Below are positions 53,974 through 61,541 of a DNA stretch of 62,561 nt, piece by piece. The position numbers were made by a program, and so were the translations under genes. Positions within the stretch are counted from its first letter, which is position 1. The number at the start of each line of letters is the position of its first letter. Under the pieces are notes generated by a model. That model was not told the origin of the DNA. It searched no databases and worked only from the letters and a program-made list of their open reading frames with translations. The DNA is taken from NCBI GenBank assembly GCA_964497645.1, contig CAZCCU010000003.1, positions 1 through 62,561 of the forward strand. The letters run 5' to 3'. The stretch comes from an uncultured Methanosarcinales archaeon. GTDB lineage: Archaea > Nanobdellota > Nanobdellia > Woesearchaeales > ARS49.

Positions 53974-54494
53974 CGCGAGCCTGGTGGTCTTGGTGGCGTT
54001 GGTTCTGGTGACGGAGTTTTCTTCTTTTTTTCTTTAAAGAGCGAGTGCAATCCCCAGATTAGTCCGCCGAACAATAATAGTAAGAGAAGTACCAGCCAGA
54101 TGTTGTCTTCGTCTATCATTCCTGCCTGGGCGAGAGCGTAAAGGAAGAATAAGCCCATTAAGCCGAGCATGATCGCCATGAAGAGTTTGCTTTTGACTTC
54201 TCCGCCGGCCAGTCCGAGTACTAGTGCGAGTAGAAGTCCAATGACTATTAATAACACGAAGTAGAATAATATTATGTTGATGATGTTCAGCAAGTTAGTT
54301 GCCAGCACTGCGAAGAATCCCATGACGAACGCTACCATTGCGTTAAGTTTTTTCTTTGGTTTCTTGCCGTCCATTCCAAATACGTTTGTTCGCTGGAGAA
54401 CTCCGTATGTGATGGTGAATACGAGGAAGAATGGCAGTAAGACTTCGACTAAGCCAATGTCTACTAAGAACTGGAACACCTCTTTGTATGCCAT
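53970..54494 (-). CDS. Hypothetical membrane protein (4-5 TM) with Pro-rich tail
   Basis: Hydrophobic throughout. C-terminal PSPEPTPPRPPG. Confidence 0.5.
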   Translation of the reverse strand: MAYKEVFQFLVDIGLVEVLLPFFLVFTITYGVLQRTNVFGMDGKKPKKKLNAMVAFVMGFFAVLATNLLNIINIILFYFVLLIVIGLLLALVLGLAGGEVKSKLFMAIMLGLMGLFFLYALAQAGMIDEDNIWLVLLLLLLFGGLIWGLHSLFKEKKKKTPSPEPTPPRPPGSR

Positions 54495-54629
54495 GATGCT
54501 TAATAGCTGAACTCATTTTAAAAAGCTTGTGCCAGGCCACTAAAACATATACGCTTTAGATCTTCACCAGAGCTATATGGATACATTTATATACGATAAT
54601 TTGTTTTAAATCATTAAAGAGGTTATGCC

Positions 54630-55517
54630 GTGAAAAAAATATTTTTGGTGTTCCTATTGTTTTTTTTAGCCTCTTGTGTCGGTCGTTCTATAGACTCAGC
54701 TGATAGGGTTTTCATTGCTCGTGTTGTTTTTCCTGATGGGACTCTTGCTGAGAATGCAGAGGTGTCTTTGTATGCAAAAAGTGTTGAGACTCCTTTTGCT
54801 ATCGAAAGAACCAATTCTAAAGGTCTTGCTGATTTTGGCGAACTTCCCGTTGGCTTGTACACGATTAAAGCTGCTATTGAAAATTATGTAGGCGCGCGCA
54901 AATGTAACGTGATTGCCAGCTATAATCCTACATACACGTGCCGTGTGAGACTTAAACTAGCAGAATGTAATCAGGGAGAGCGTAACTGTATTACTGAGAC
55001 AGATGGCGAAGTCTGTATTGATGGAACATTGCAAGATTTATCCTGTCCTGAGAGTACTTTCTGTAGTGTGAGTAAAGAGTCAAAGGCGTGTGTTGCGTGT
55101 AGGGATGCTGCTGATTGTGCTGCTGGGCAGATCTGCAAGGGATGGGAGTGTATAACTCCACAAGAGTGCAGTCCGTTTGAAAGGCAATGTCTTTCCGCAA
55201 CTACGGGAAAGGTTTGTGGTGCAAAAGGATTCTGGATGGAGAGTTTTGTCTGTCCTTCTGAAGCTGCTTTCTGTAGTGTGAGTAAAGAGTCAAAGGCGTG
55301 TGTTGCGTGTAGGGATGCTGCTGATTGTGCTGCTGGGCAGATCTGCAAGGGATGGGAGTGTATAACTCCACAAGAGTGCAGTCCGTTTGAAAGGCAATGT
55401 CTTTCCGCAACTACAGGAAAGATTTGCGGTGCAAAAGGATTCTGGGGAGAGAGTTTTGACTGCGCACCTTGGGGCAGGGTCTGCAGTGTAGCCAAGGATA
55501 CAAAGCCTTGTGCTTAA
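54630..55517 (+). CDS. Lipoprotein with CarboxypepD_reg-like N-domain and Cys-rich repeat modules
   Basis: Lipobox FFLASCVG. VVFPDGTLAENAEVSLY...TNSKGLADFGELPVGLYTIKA. Repeated module CSVSKESKACVACRDAADCAAGQICKGWECITPQECSPFERQC. Confidence 0.65.
   Translation: MKKIFLVFLLFFLASCVGRSIDSADRVFIARVVFPDGTLAENAEVSLYAKSVETPFAIERTNSKGLADFGELPVGLYTIKAAIENYVGARKCNVIASYNPTYTCRVRLKLAECNQGERNCITETDGEVCIDGTLQDLSCPESTFCSVSKESKACVACRDAADCAAGQICKGWECITPQECSPFERQCLSATTGKVCGAKGFWMESFVCPSEAAFCSVSKESKACVACRDAADCAAGQICKGWECITPQECSPFERQCLSATTGKICGAKGFWGESFDCAPWGRVCSVAKDTKPCA
55057..55476. repeat. Two tandem 210-bp units inside the lipoprotein gene, 148 bp perfectly identical
   Basis: 55057-55204 is identical to 55267-55414. 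Only scattered mismatches occur afterwards. Confidence 0.9.
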
Positions 55518-55546
55518 CTATTTTTCAGACTGTCTAAAAGAATATC

Positions 55547-56371
55547 TTAACGCTTCTCAAACGGTCTGCAGATGTCAAAGAATGGGCATTGTCCTGTGCT
55601 GTACTTGCATAATGGGCTTGGGCTTTTTGGGTAATGGTTGACGTCTTTTGTTTGCGTGACTGCGTGCACGTGTTCTATTTCTTTTTTTGCCATGTCGAGG
55701 AGTTCTTCGTCTACTTCTATTGATGTTTCTTTTCCTTTCAGGAAGTATACGCCGACTTGTTTTGGCATGACTCCATGCTTGTCGAAGTAAAGCAAGGAAT
55801 AAATTCCGAGCTGTAAAAGATGTTCATTCAGGTTCTCTGAGCTTGATGTTTTGTAATCCATTAAGCGAACAGTTCCGTCGCTGTTGTGTTCTATCGCATC
55901 AATTATGCCTCTTGCGTGGTATTTTTCTGAGGTGAACATCAGTTCTCGTATTGGCGTTAATTGTTTGAAGCGTTCTTGGAAGTTTCCTTCTTTTGCTTCT
56001 AATTTCCTGCAGAATAGCTCCAGCCAGTTGAACAGCATGTTTAGTGTTTCTTCAAAATAGTGTATTTGCTTGTCTTGTGTTAATTGTAATTTGTCTAGCT
56101 GTGGCTTGTAGTGTTTCCATTCTTTCAATAACAGCTGTTGCATTATGAGTTTGAGGTGCGGCCCGTAATCATCCATTGTCATGAAGCTTGTGTCGATGTC
56201 AAAGTAGTGTTCAAGCGCTGAATGTGCTATGTTTCCTCGAACAGTATGAATGTTGGGCGGTTGTTCCAGCTCTAAAATGTAGGAATAATAGTATTTTCTG
56301 GGGCATTGCTTGTATGTTTTTATCGAGCTTGGACTCTGCACTTTTCTTTCTTTCATTTCACCCTTTTGCAT
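55547..56371 (-). CDS. Cas4/RecB-like PD-(D/E)xK nuclease with 4-Cys cluster
   Basis: N-terminal CPRKYYY, core RGIIDAIE...LMDYKTS, QLGIYSLL, C-terminal CKYSTGQCPFFDIC. Confidence 0.65.
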   Translation of the reverse strand: MQKGEMKERKVQSPSSIKTYKQCPRKYYYSYILELEQPPNIHTVRGNIAHSALEHYFDIDTSFMTMDDYGPHLKLIMQQLLLKEWKHYKPQLDKLQLTQDKQIHYFEETLNMLFNWLELFCRKLEAKEGNFQERFKQLTPIRELMFTSEKYHARGIIDAIEHNSDGTVRLMDYKTSSSENLNEHLLQLGIYSLLYFDKHGVMPKQVGVYFLKGKETSIEVDEELLDMAKKEIEHVHAVTQTKDVNHYPKSPSPLCKYSTGQCPFFDICRPFEKR

Positions 56372-56417
56372 GAAAAAATGGAAACGATGGTCCTTAATAT
56401 GTCTTTAGGTGGAAAAT

Positions 56418-56432
56418 CCGTAAGATTTACGG
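56418..56432. promoter_or_regulatory. Operator-like palindrome CCGTAA-GAT-TTACGG (copy C)
   Basis: Flanks GAAAAT and ATT. Lies 47 nt upstream of the nuclease ATG. Confidence 0.6.
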
Positions 56433-56542
56433 ATTAGTGTTTCCTGATTTTGGTTTTCAGGCTTTCTGACGGGATTATGGGTTAGCAAATTCTTCACTCC
56501 ATTGTCGGAGTGTCAGGCCTTTTTATAGGTCTCAGAAAAAAC

Positions 56543-56557
56543 CCGTAAAGTTTACGG
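56543..56557. promoter_or_regulatory. Operator-like palindrome CCGTAA-AGT-TTACGG (copy D)
   Basis: Lies about 12 nt downstream of TATA-like TTTTTATAGG (56520-56529). Confidence 0.6.
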
Positions 56558-56620
56558 ATTTCTCATCGCAGCAAATATTAAGCAGTGAATCATGGAATAA
56601 ACTGCGCCGGCGCACACCTT

Positions 56621-56905
56621 ATGAAACGCAAATCACTGCTGCTGATATCGTTAACACTTTCAATAATCGGAATCATTGTTCTTTTCTTCCTCAAGCCGGA
56701 AGTCTCTCCTCAGTCTTTGCAATTATCAGGAGTGGTAAAATACGTCAATCAAAAGGAGAATGTCGCATTCATCAGTTTTGTTCCCGACAATTTAACAGTG
56801 GTTTCTTTTGATAATCCAGACTTAGAGCCAGGACATCATGTCCTAACAGGCCGTTTGCAGCAATACAAAGGCAGGGTAGAATTTATTGTTGACGAGTATG
56901 ACTAA
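56621..56905 (+). CDS. TM-anchored OB-fold-like protein
   Basis: TM LLLISLTLSIIGIIVLFF. The pattern GVVKYVNQKENVAFISF...GRLQQYKGRVEFIV is like tRNA_anti/OB folds. Confidence 0.45.
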   Translation: MKRKSLLLISLTLSIIGIIVLFFLKPEVSPQSLQLSGVVKYVNQKENVAFISFVPDNLTVVSFDNPDLEPGHHVLTGRLQQYKGRVEFIVDEYD

Positions 56906-57558
56906 AACGGCATGAATAAGTCGGCAAAAAAGACGTATCTGAGTACGAAGTAAATAATCAGCGCGATTATTCCCAGGACTATGAGTCTTTTGAAGAATGA
57001 TGCTATTGCTCTTCTTCGTCGTAATATTTCGTCGTACTGGCTTTTGACTCTGAATAGTCTGATCGGATATTTCATTCCTTTGAGTTTTTCCAGTCCTAAA
57101 TGGACGTATGGTATCTCGCGCTTGTTCATTGCTTGGAATACTGCATCGCTGAAGACTATGTGGCCTGCTTGTGCCACGCCTTCTATTCGTGAAGTGGTGT
57201 TGACTGCTTCTCCAAACACGTCGTCGTTTCTGATGATGACTTCTCCTGTGTGCACTGCAACGCGTATTTTGATGGATCTTTTAGCGTGCCGGTTGTATTG
57301 GTCAAATGCGTTTTGCAGTTCAATTCCGCATAAGAGTGCGTTGGTTGGTGATTTGAAAGTTATCAGGAAGGCGTCTCCGATTTTTTTGATGACTTTGCCG
57401 TTATATTTGGCGAAGAGTGGAAGGGAAATGCTGTCAAAATTGTCGTGCAGTCGGGTGAATTCTTCTCTGCTCAGCTGTGCTGTTGTTTTGGTATACCCGA
57501 CTATGTCGGTGAACATTACTGTGAGGATTTCGCTTGATTCGTGTACTCGAGGATTCAT
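56902..57558 (-). CDS. Class III nucleotide (adenylate/guanylate) cyclase with C-terminal TM helix
   Basis: MFTDIVGYT, KKIGDAFLITF, RVAVHTGEVI and GEAVNTTSRIE. C-terminal LIVLGIIALIIYFVL. Confidence 0.8.
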   Translation of the reverse strand: MNPRVHESSEILTVMFTDIVGYTKTTAQLSREEFTRLHDNFDSISLPLFAKYNGKVIKKIGDAFLITFKSPTNALLCGIELQNAFDQYNRHAKRSIKIRVAVHTGEVIIRNDDVFGEAVNTTSRIEGVAQAGHIVFSDAVFQAMNKREIPYVHLGLEKLKGMKYPIRLFRVKSQYDEILRRRRAIASFFKRLIVLGIIALIIYFVLRYVFFADLFMPF

Positions 57559-57581
57559 ATCAGCGTGAGTAAAAAAGGGGG

Positions 57582-57589
57582 TTTATAAA
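57582..57589. promoter_or_regulatory. Palindromic TATA box TTTATAAA in the cyclase divergent region
   Basis: Lies about 24-30 nt from both the cyclase ATG (57558, minus) and the GTG at 57615 (plus). Confidence 0.5.
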
Positions 57590-57592
57590 ATT

Positions 57593-57607
57593 ACGTAATT
57601 TTTACGA
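57593..57607. promoter_or_regulatory. Degenerate operator copy ACGTAA-TTT-TTACGA (copy E)
   Basis: The outer positions differ from the consensus. Flanks are AAAATT and ATTTTT. Confidence 0.45.
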
Positions 57608-57614
57608 ATTTTTC

Positions 57615-58799
57615 GTGCCAGGGTATAATAAGCATCAAAATGTCTATATCAGAATGTTATTCGCAGTCCTTGCTGGCATTCTGACGGGAATTATTGCCGG
57701 TCTTCTTCCCGGTATTCATGCGAATTTAATCTCTGTGATTGTTGCTGGTTTGCATTTTGACGTGTGGCTTTCTTCTGTTTTTCTGGTCGCCATGGCCGTT
57801 TCGCGTTCGATTATTGACGCCATACCAGCGGTTTTTCTTGGCGCGTCAGAGGATGTGATGGCGCTGCTCCCAGGCCACAAATTATTAAAGAAAGGTTTTG
57901 GTGTTGAGGCCGTGAAGTTTTGCGTGCTGGGCAGCATTTTGGGAGTGATTGCTGGCGTTCTGCTTGTTCCAGTTTTTATTTTCATCTTTCCGATGTTATT
58001 CTCATTAATCCGCCCAATATTGTTCTGGCTGATCTTGACATTAGTCAGTATCTTGTTGTTTAGAGATTCGTGGTGGTCGGTTGTTGTGTTCATTCTTGCG
58101 GGTATTCTTGGCATTATTTCTTTGGACAGCGTGCGTGAGCCGTTATTTCCTCTTTTGTCTGGTCTTTTCGGCGCAAGTGGTTTATTGTTCTCGCTGTTCA
58201 GTAAAGTTGAGATTCCCCCGCAGTTTGACACAGACACATTGAGGATGCGGAAAATTCCTATGTTTTTTTCAGTTCTGACTGGTGTTCTTGCAGGAAGCAT
58301 TGTGACCTTATTTCCTGGTCTTGGTCCTTCGCAGGCTGCTGCTCTGGCTCAAATAAAACGTATGAAATCTATACGTTATCTTGTTTTAACCGGCGCTTTA
58401 GGAACAATTGATGTTATTGTTTCGCTCGTTACTTTTTTTGTTCTGAGCAAGGCCAGAAATGGCTCTGTGGTCGTTATTGAGCAGCTTCTGGGCTCAATCT
58501 CGAGTTCAATTCTCTATTCGTTCATCGCAATCGCGTGTGCCTCTGCTGGTATTGCGGCTATTATCGCATTATTTGCTTCAAAGTGGTACGCGAAATTGGT
58601 GGAAAATGTTGATTACGCATTAATTTCATTGACAGTTTTGTCGTTCTTATTGGTGATGAGTTATGTGTTGTCCGGCTGGCTTGGTATCTTGGTTTTCGTA
58701 ATTGCCGCTCTAATCGGCCTTATCGCTCCATTGACAAATGTTTCTAGAAGTCATGGGATGGGCTGCTTGCTTATTCCAACATTGTTGTTGCTGTGGTAA
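57615..58799 (+). CDS. Polytopic membrane protein, TctA/DUF112-like
   Basis: GLLPGIHANL and LFPGLGPSQAAALA motifs, about 10 TM helices. GTG start (alternative ATG at 57654). Confidence 0.5.
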   Translation: MPGYNKHQNVYIRMLFAVLAGILTGIIAGLLPGIHANLISVIVAGLHFDVWLSSVFLVAMAVSRSIIDAIPAVFLGASEDVMALLPGHKLLKKGFGVEAVKFCVLGSILGVIAGVLLVPVFIFIFPMLFSLIRPILFWLILTLVSILLFRDSWWSVVVFILAGILGIISLDSVREPLFPLLSGLFGASGLLFSLFSKVEIPPQFDTDTLRMRKIPMFFSVLTGVLAGSIVTLFPGLGPSQAAALAQIKRMKSIRYLVLTGALGTIDVIVSLVTFFVLSKARNGSVVVIEQLLGSISSSILYSFIAIACASAGIAAIIALFASKWYAKLVENVDYALISLTVLSFLLVMSYVLSGWLGILVFVIAALIGLIAPLTNVSRSHGMGCLLIPTLLLLW

Positions 58800-58801
58800 C
58801 C

Positions 58802-58809
58802 TTTATAAA
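58802..58809 (+). promoter_or_regulatory. TATA box TTTATAAA
   Basis: Lies 24 nt upstream of the ATG at 58833. Confidence 0.55.
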
Positions 58810-58832
58810 CCAGCTATAATCCCTTCGTCGCT

Positions 58833-59096
58833 ATGATGGGTGTTGTATCTCATTTCAGGGGCAGTTTCAGGAGGAAGAAGGGCAATCAGTTGATTGTCAT
58901 CGTTCCGGGTGTTGATGATAGAGAGAAAGCTAAATCATACATTGGTAAGTCTGCTGTCTGGATTGCTGAAGGAAAGGGCAAAACTCAGATTAAAGGCAAG
59001 ATTTCTAGCGCTCATGGCAACAAGGGCGCGTTAAGGGTTATTTTCGAGCGTGGCATGCCTGGTCAGAGTTTAGGCCAGGAAGTTAAGATAGAGTAA
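58833..59096 (+). CDS. rpl35ae: 50S ribosomal protein L35Ae (eL33)
   Basis: KGKISSAHGNKGALRVIFERGMPGQSLGQEVKI. 87 aa. Confidence 0.7.
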   Translation: MMGVVSHFRGSFRRKKGNQLIVIVPGVDDREKAKSYIGKSAVWIAEGKGKTQIKGKISSAHGNKGALRVIFERGMPGQSLGQEVKIE

Positions 59097-59108
59097 GGGT
59101 ATTTCAAC

Positions 59109-59636
59109 ATGAAAGCCTCAAAAAGTATAGACTCTCTGTGTTCGTTTCTTTCAGGGTGTGATGTGAGTTTGAAAGCAGTCAGTCGTTATTGTAATCCATT
59201 GACGCCTGAGAATATCGCTTCAAAATATCTCGCGGAATGCTTGCGTAGGGCATCAGAGCGTAAGCTTGCCTCAAGGATGTTTCTTCCTGATTACAATGGT
59301 AATTTTTCATTCAGAGAAGATCAAGTCACTCATAGTACAATTGTTCAGCGGCGCGGCATTGATTATACGAGATTGGATGCCGTGGTGTTTGCAGGGCTTC
59401 CGGCGCTTGTGGAAATGCGTACGACTGCAAGAGAAGATGTTTTGGGCCGTTATTTCAGGAATGCGCACAAGAAGCATGACGTGATGTCTGCTTTGTATAG
59501 AGATGATTTTGCTCATATCTTGATTGTTCCATCAAATTTTGGAAAGGATACAGTGCAAATGGCTTATTTCAAGCAGCAGGGTGGTAAGATAGCGGCTGTT
59601 CACTATTCTTCTGGTATGTTCGAGAAAGCTGCTTAA
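59109..59636 (+). CDS. Hypothetical protein
   Basis: 175-aa ORF, no motifs. Confidence 0.45.
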   Translation: MKASKSIDSLCSFLSGCDVSLKAVSRYCNPLTPENIASKYLAECLRRASERKLASRMFLPDYNGNFSFREDQVTHSTIVQRRGIDYTRLDAVVFAGLPALVEMRTTAREDVLGRYFRNAHKKHDVMSALYRDDFAHILIVPSNFGKDTVQMAYFKQQGGKIAAVHYSSGMFEKAA

Positions 59637-60454
59637 TACTGGGCGTCTAGTCCTTTTTTGTCGCCAGTTCCCAGTGTTCTCTTGAGTGTTTCGCCGCTTG
59701 ATGAGTATGGCCACATTGTTAGTGCATAATCGTTTGTTCTGCGTGCGTGGTCAAGGCCTAAAACGTGTCCGAATTCGTGTGTGTTGACACCTTCGATATC
59801 GAATGAGTTTCCTTGGCTGGTGCAGCTTAATTGCGGGTAGACTCTCCATGCATCACCTGAGTCAAATGTTACAGGCGATTTGATGATTGCTTTTGTTGCG
59901 GTGTTGTATGTAATGCTTGTGACTGCGAGTGTTCCGCCTGGTCCATCCAGGGACGCCCAGACAACTGGTACTTTTGCGTTTGCGCTTTGTACAAAGATGG
60001 TTCCTGCCGGGTGTTCTTCTGTTTCCCAGATTATTATGCTGTTTAATACTGCTTGGTGTGCTGCTTGTGCGTCATTAATGTCAACCACGCTGTCGCCGTT
60101 GACGTCTTGTGAAAGTCCTGATGTGTCTATGCTGTACGTGACTGGGAAAGTTTTCCATTTTACGCGCAATAGCTTGTATGAGTTTGATTCTGGTCCGCAG
60201 TCAGTGGTGAGCGGGGTCGCGTGATTATTTCTTGCATAGTCAATGAAGTGTATTTGCGATAATTCTTTTGATAATTGCACTTCTACTTGGTCGTGTCCTG
60301 CTTGCATTGCGTTCCAGACCGCGTCTGGTAGTTGTGCTTTTGGAGACAGGTCAGTTGAGACTGCGCCTGTTGGAGTGTTTAGAGACATGGCTAGAACTGC
60401 TAATACGAATGTTGCTACAGTGCCAATGAGGAAATGATGATGGCTTGTTTGCAT
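59633..60454 (-). CDS. Secreted metzincin (matrixin-like) zinc metalloprotease
   Basis: HEFGHVLGLDH (HExxHxxGxxH). N-terminal TM/signal FLIGTVATFVLAVLAM. Confidence 0.8.
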   Translation of the reverse strand: MQTSHHHFLIGTVATFVLAVLAMSLNTPTGAVSTDLSPKAQLPDAVWNAMQAGHDQVEVQLSKELSQIHFIDYARNNHATPLTTDCGPESNSYKLLRVKWKTFPVTYSIDTSGLSQDVNGDSVVDINDAQAAHQAVLNSIIIWETEEHPAGTIFVQSANAKVPVVWASLDGPGGTLAVTSITYNTATKAIIKSPVTFDSGDAWRVYPQLSCTSQGNSFDIEGVNTHEFGHVLGLDHARRTNDYALTMWPYSSSGETLKRTLGTGDKKGLDAQY

Positions 60455-60502
60455 GTATTTATCGTTTTGAAAGGCGTATTTATATTTAGTGTACGTACAA
60501 TA

Positions 60503-60823
60503 TTACTTCTGTGTTAGCTTCTGCCATAATAATTTCACTTTCTCTGTCCTTAGCCTTTCTATTTCTGCTTCGATTGTAGAAAACAGCAGTTCAGCGTCTC
60601 TGTCTCGCAGTGCGTTCAGAATGCTCTTCGTAAGATTCTGGTCGACAAGTTCCTGCGGTATTTCTTTATAATACTCTCCGATGTGCACTTCTGCTAAATT
60701 GAAATTCTTGTGCGCTTCTAAAGCATTATGAGCGCTTTCCAGCTTAATCAGAAGTGAACTGATCGTCTTCCGTGAGGGAGTGTAGCTTTTTTTCTTTGTT
60801 TGCTTTTTCTTTTTCTGCTTCAT
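60503..60823 (-). CDS. Hypothetical protein (start uncertain)
   Basis: 106-aa ORF whose first 27 codons overlap the upstream gene. There is no internal Met. Confidence 0.3.
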   Translation of the reverse strand: MKQKKKKQTKKKSYTPSRKTISSLLIKLESAHNALEAHKNFNLAEVHIGEYYKEIPQELVDQNLTKSILNALRDRDAELLFSTIEAEIERLRTEKVKLLWQKLTQK

Positions 60824-61040
60824 AATGGCTCAGTGCTCCTACGATTCCGTGCATGATGAGGCTTTTGTCGTTTGAAATAAGCCCTTGCTCGATGTAGTGG
60901 CTGTGTTTTTCATCCACTACGTCTTTGACTAGTGATCGTACTGCTTCTCTGTCAATGCTTCCCGCGCTCAGTATTGCGAGCGCGTTGCTTAATTTGGCAA
61001 TGGCATCTTCCGTGTTTGTCGAAAACTCGTTATTGGCCAT
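60744..61040 (-). CDS. Hypothetical protein
   Basis: 98-aa ORF. Confidence 0.4.
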   Translation of the reverse strand: MANNEFSTNTEDAIAKLSNALAILSAGSIDREAVRSLVKDVVDEKHSHYIEQGLISNDKSLIMHGIVGALSHYEAEKEKANKEKKLHSLTEDDQFTSD

Positions 61041-61055
61041 ATGTCAGTACCATGC

Positions 61056-61490
61056 TCAGAACTTGAGCCAGTCAGGTAGCATTGGCTCAACAACTGGGTA
61101 AGCGTATGGTGCTGCAACTATGAGTGCTGCGATTAGAACGCTGTGGAACCATGTTTCTCCTAGTCCTGCTCCTCCGCCTCCTGATTTTATTGCTTGGCTG
61201 ACTCCGTGGACTTTTACTGCAGCGACAAGTCCGATTGCGATCTGAAGTCCGAGCGCTGTTCCGAGTAAGGGAATTGCTTGAAGTGCTGGAATCAGGTCAA
61301 GTACGAATTGCGCGTTCATAGTGCAGAATACGAATAGTATTGATAATAGGAATGCGTGTATCATGTGTCCAAACCTGTGCGTTGGCACTGAGACGTCTCG
61401 ATGGATGACTATCGCCTCGTACGCTCCTATTATTACTCCGAGCGCAAGTGCTGGACCTATGATTAGTACCGGACCTACTGGTTCTGCCAT
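61056..61490 (-). CDS. Hypothetical membrane protein (4 TM)
   Basis: AGGTGA lies upstream of the ATG at 61490. Translation begins MAEPVGPVLIIGPALALGVIIGAY. Confidence 0.5.
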   Translation of the reverse strand: MAEPVGPVLIIGPALALGVIIGAYEAIVIHRDVSVPTHRFGHMIHAFLLSILFVFCTMNAQFVLDLIPALQAIPLLGTALGLQIAIGLVAAVKVHGVSQAIKSGGGGAGLGETWFHSVLIAALIVAAPYAYPVVEPMLPDWLKF

Positions 61491-61541
61491 GATATTCACC
61501 TCTTTCTTTGGATACATATATTTGAGAATGCTATTTAAATC

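Noticed and set aside
54971-55495. 174-aa minus ORF and two identical 69-aa minus ORFs (54991-55200, 55201-55410)
   Set aside because: Their identity is a by-product of the 210-bp DNA duplication. The plus-strand lipoprotein, with its lipobox and Cys modules, is the real gene.
55547-58799. Pycsar/CBASS-type defence operon around the class III cyclase
   Set aside because: No cyclic-nucleotide-binding, TIR, patatin or other recognised effector domain is adjacent. Lon here is the housekeeping membrane LonB.
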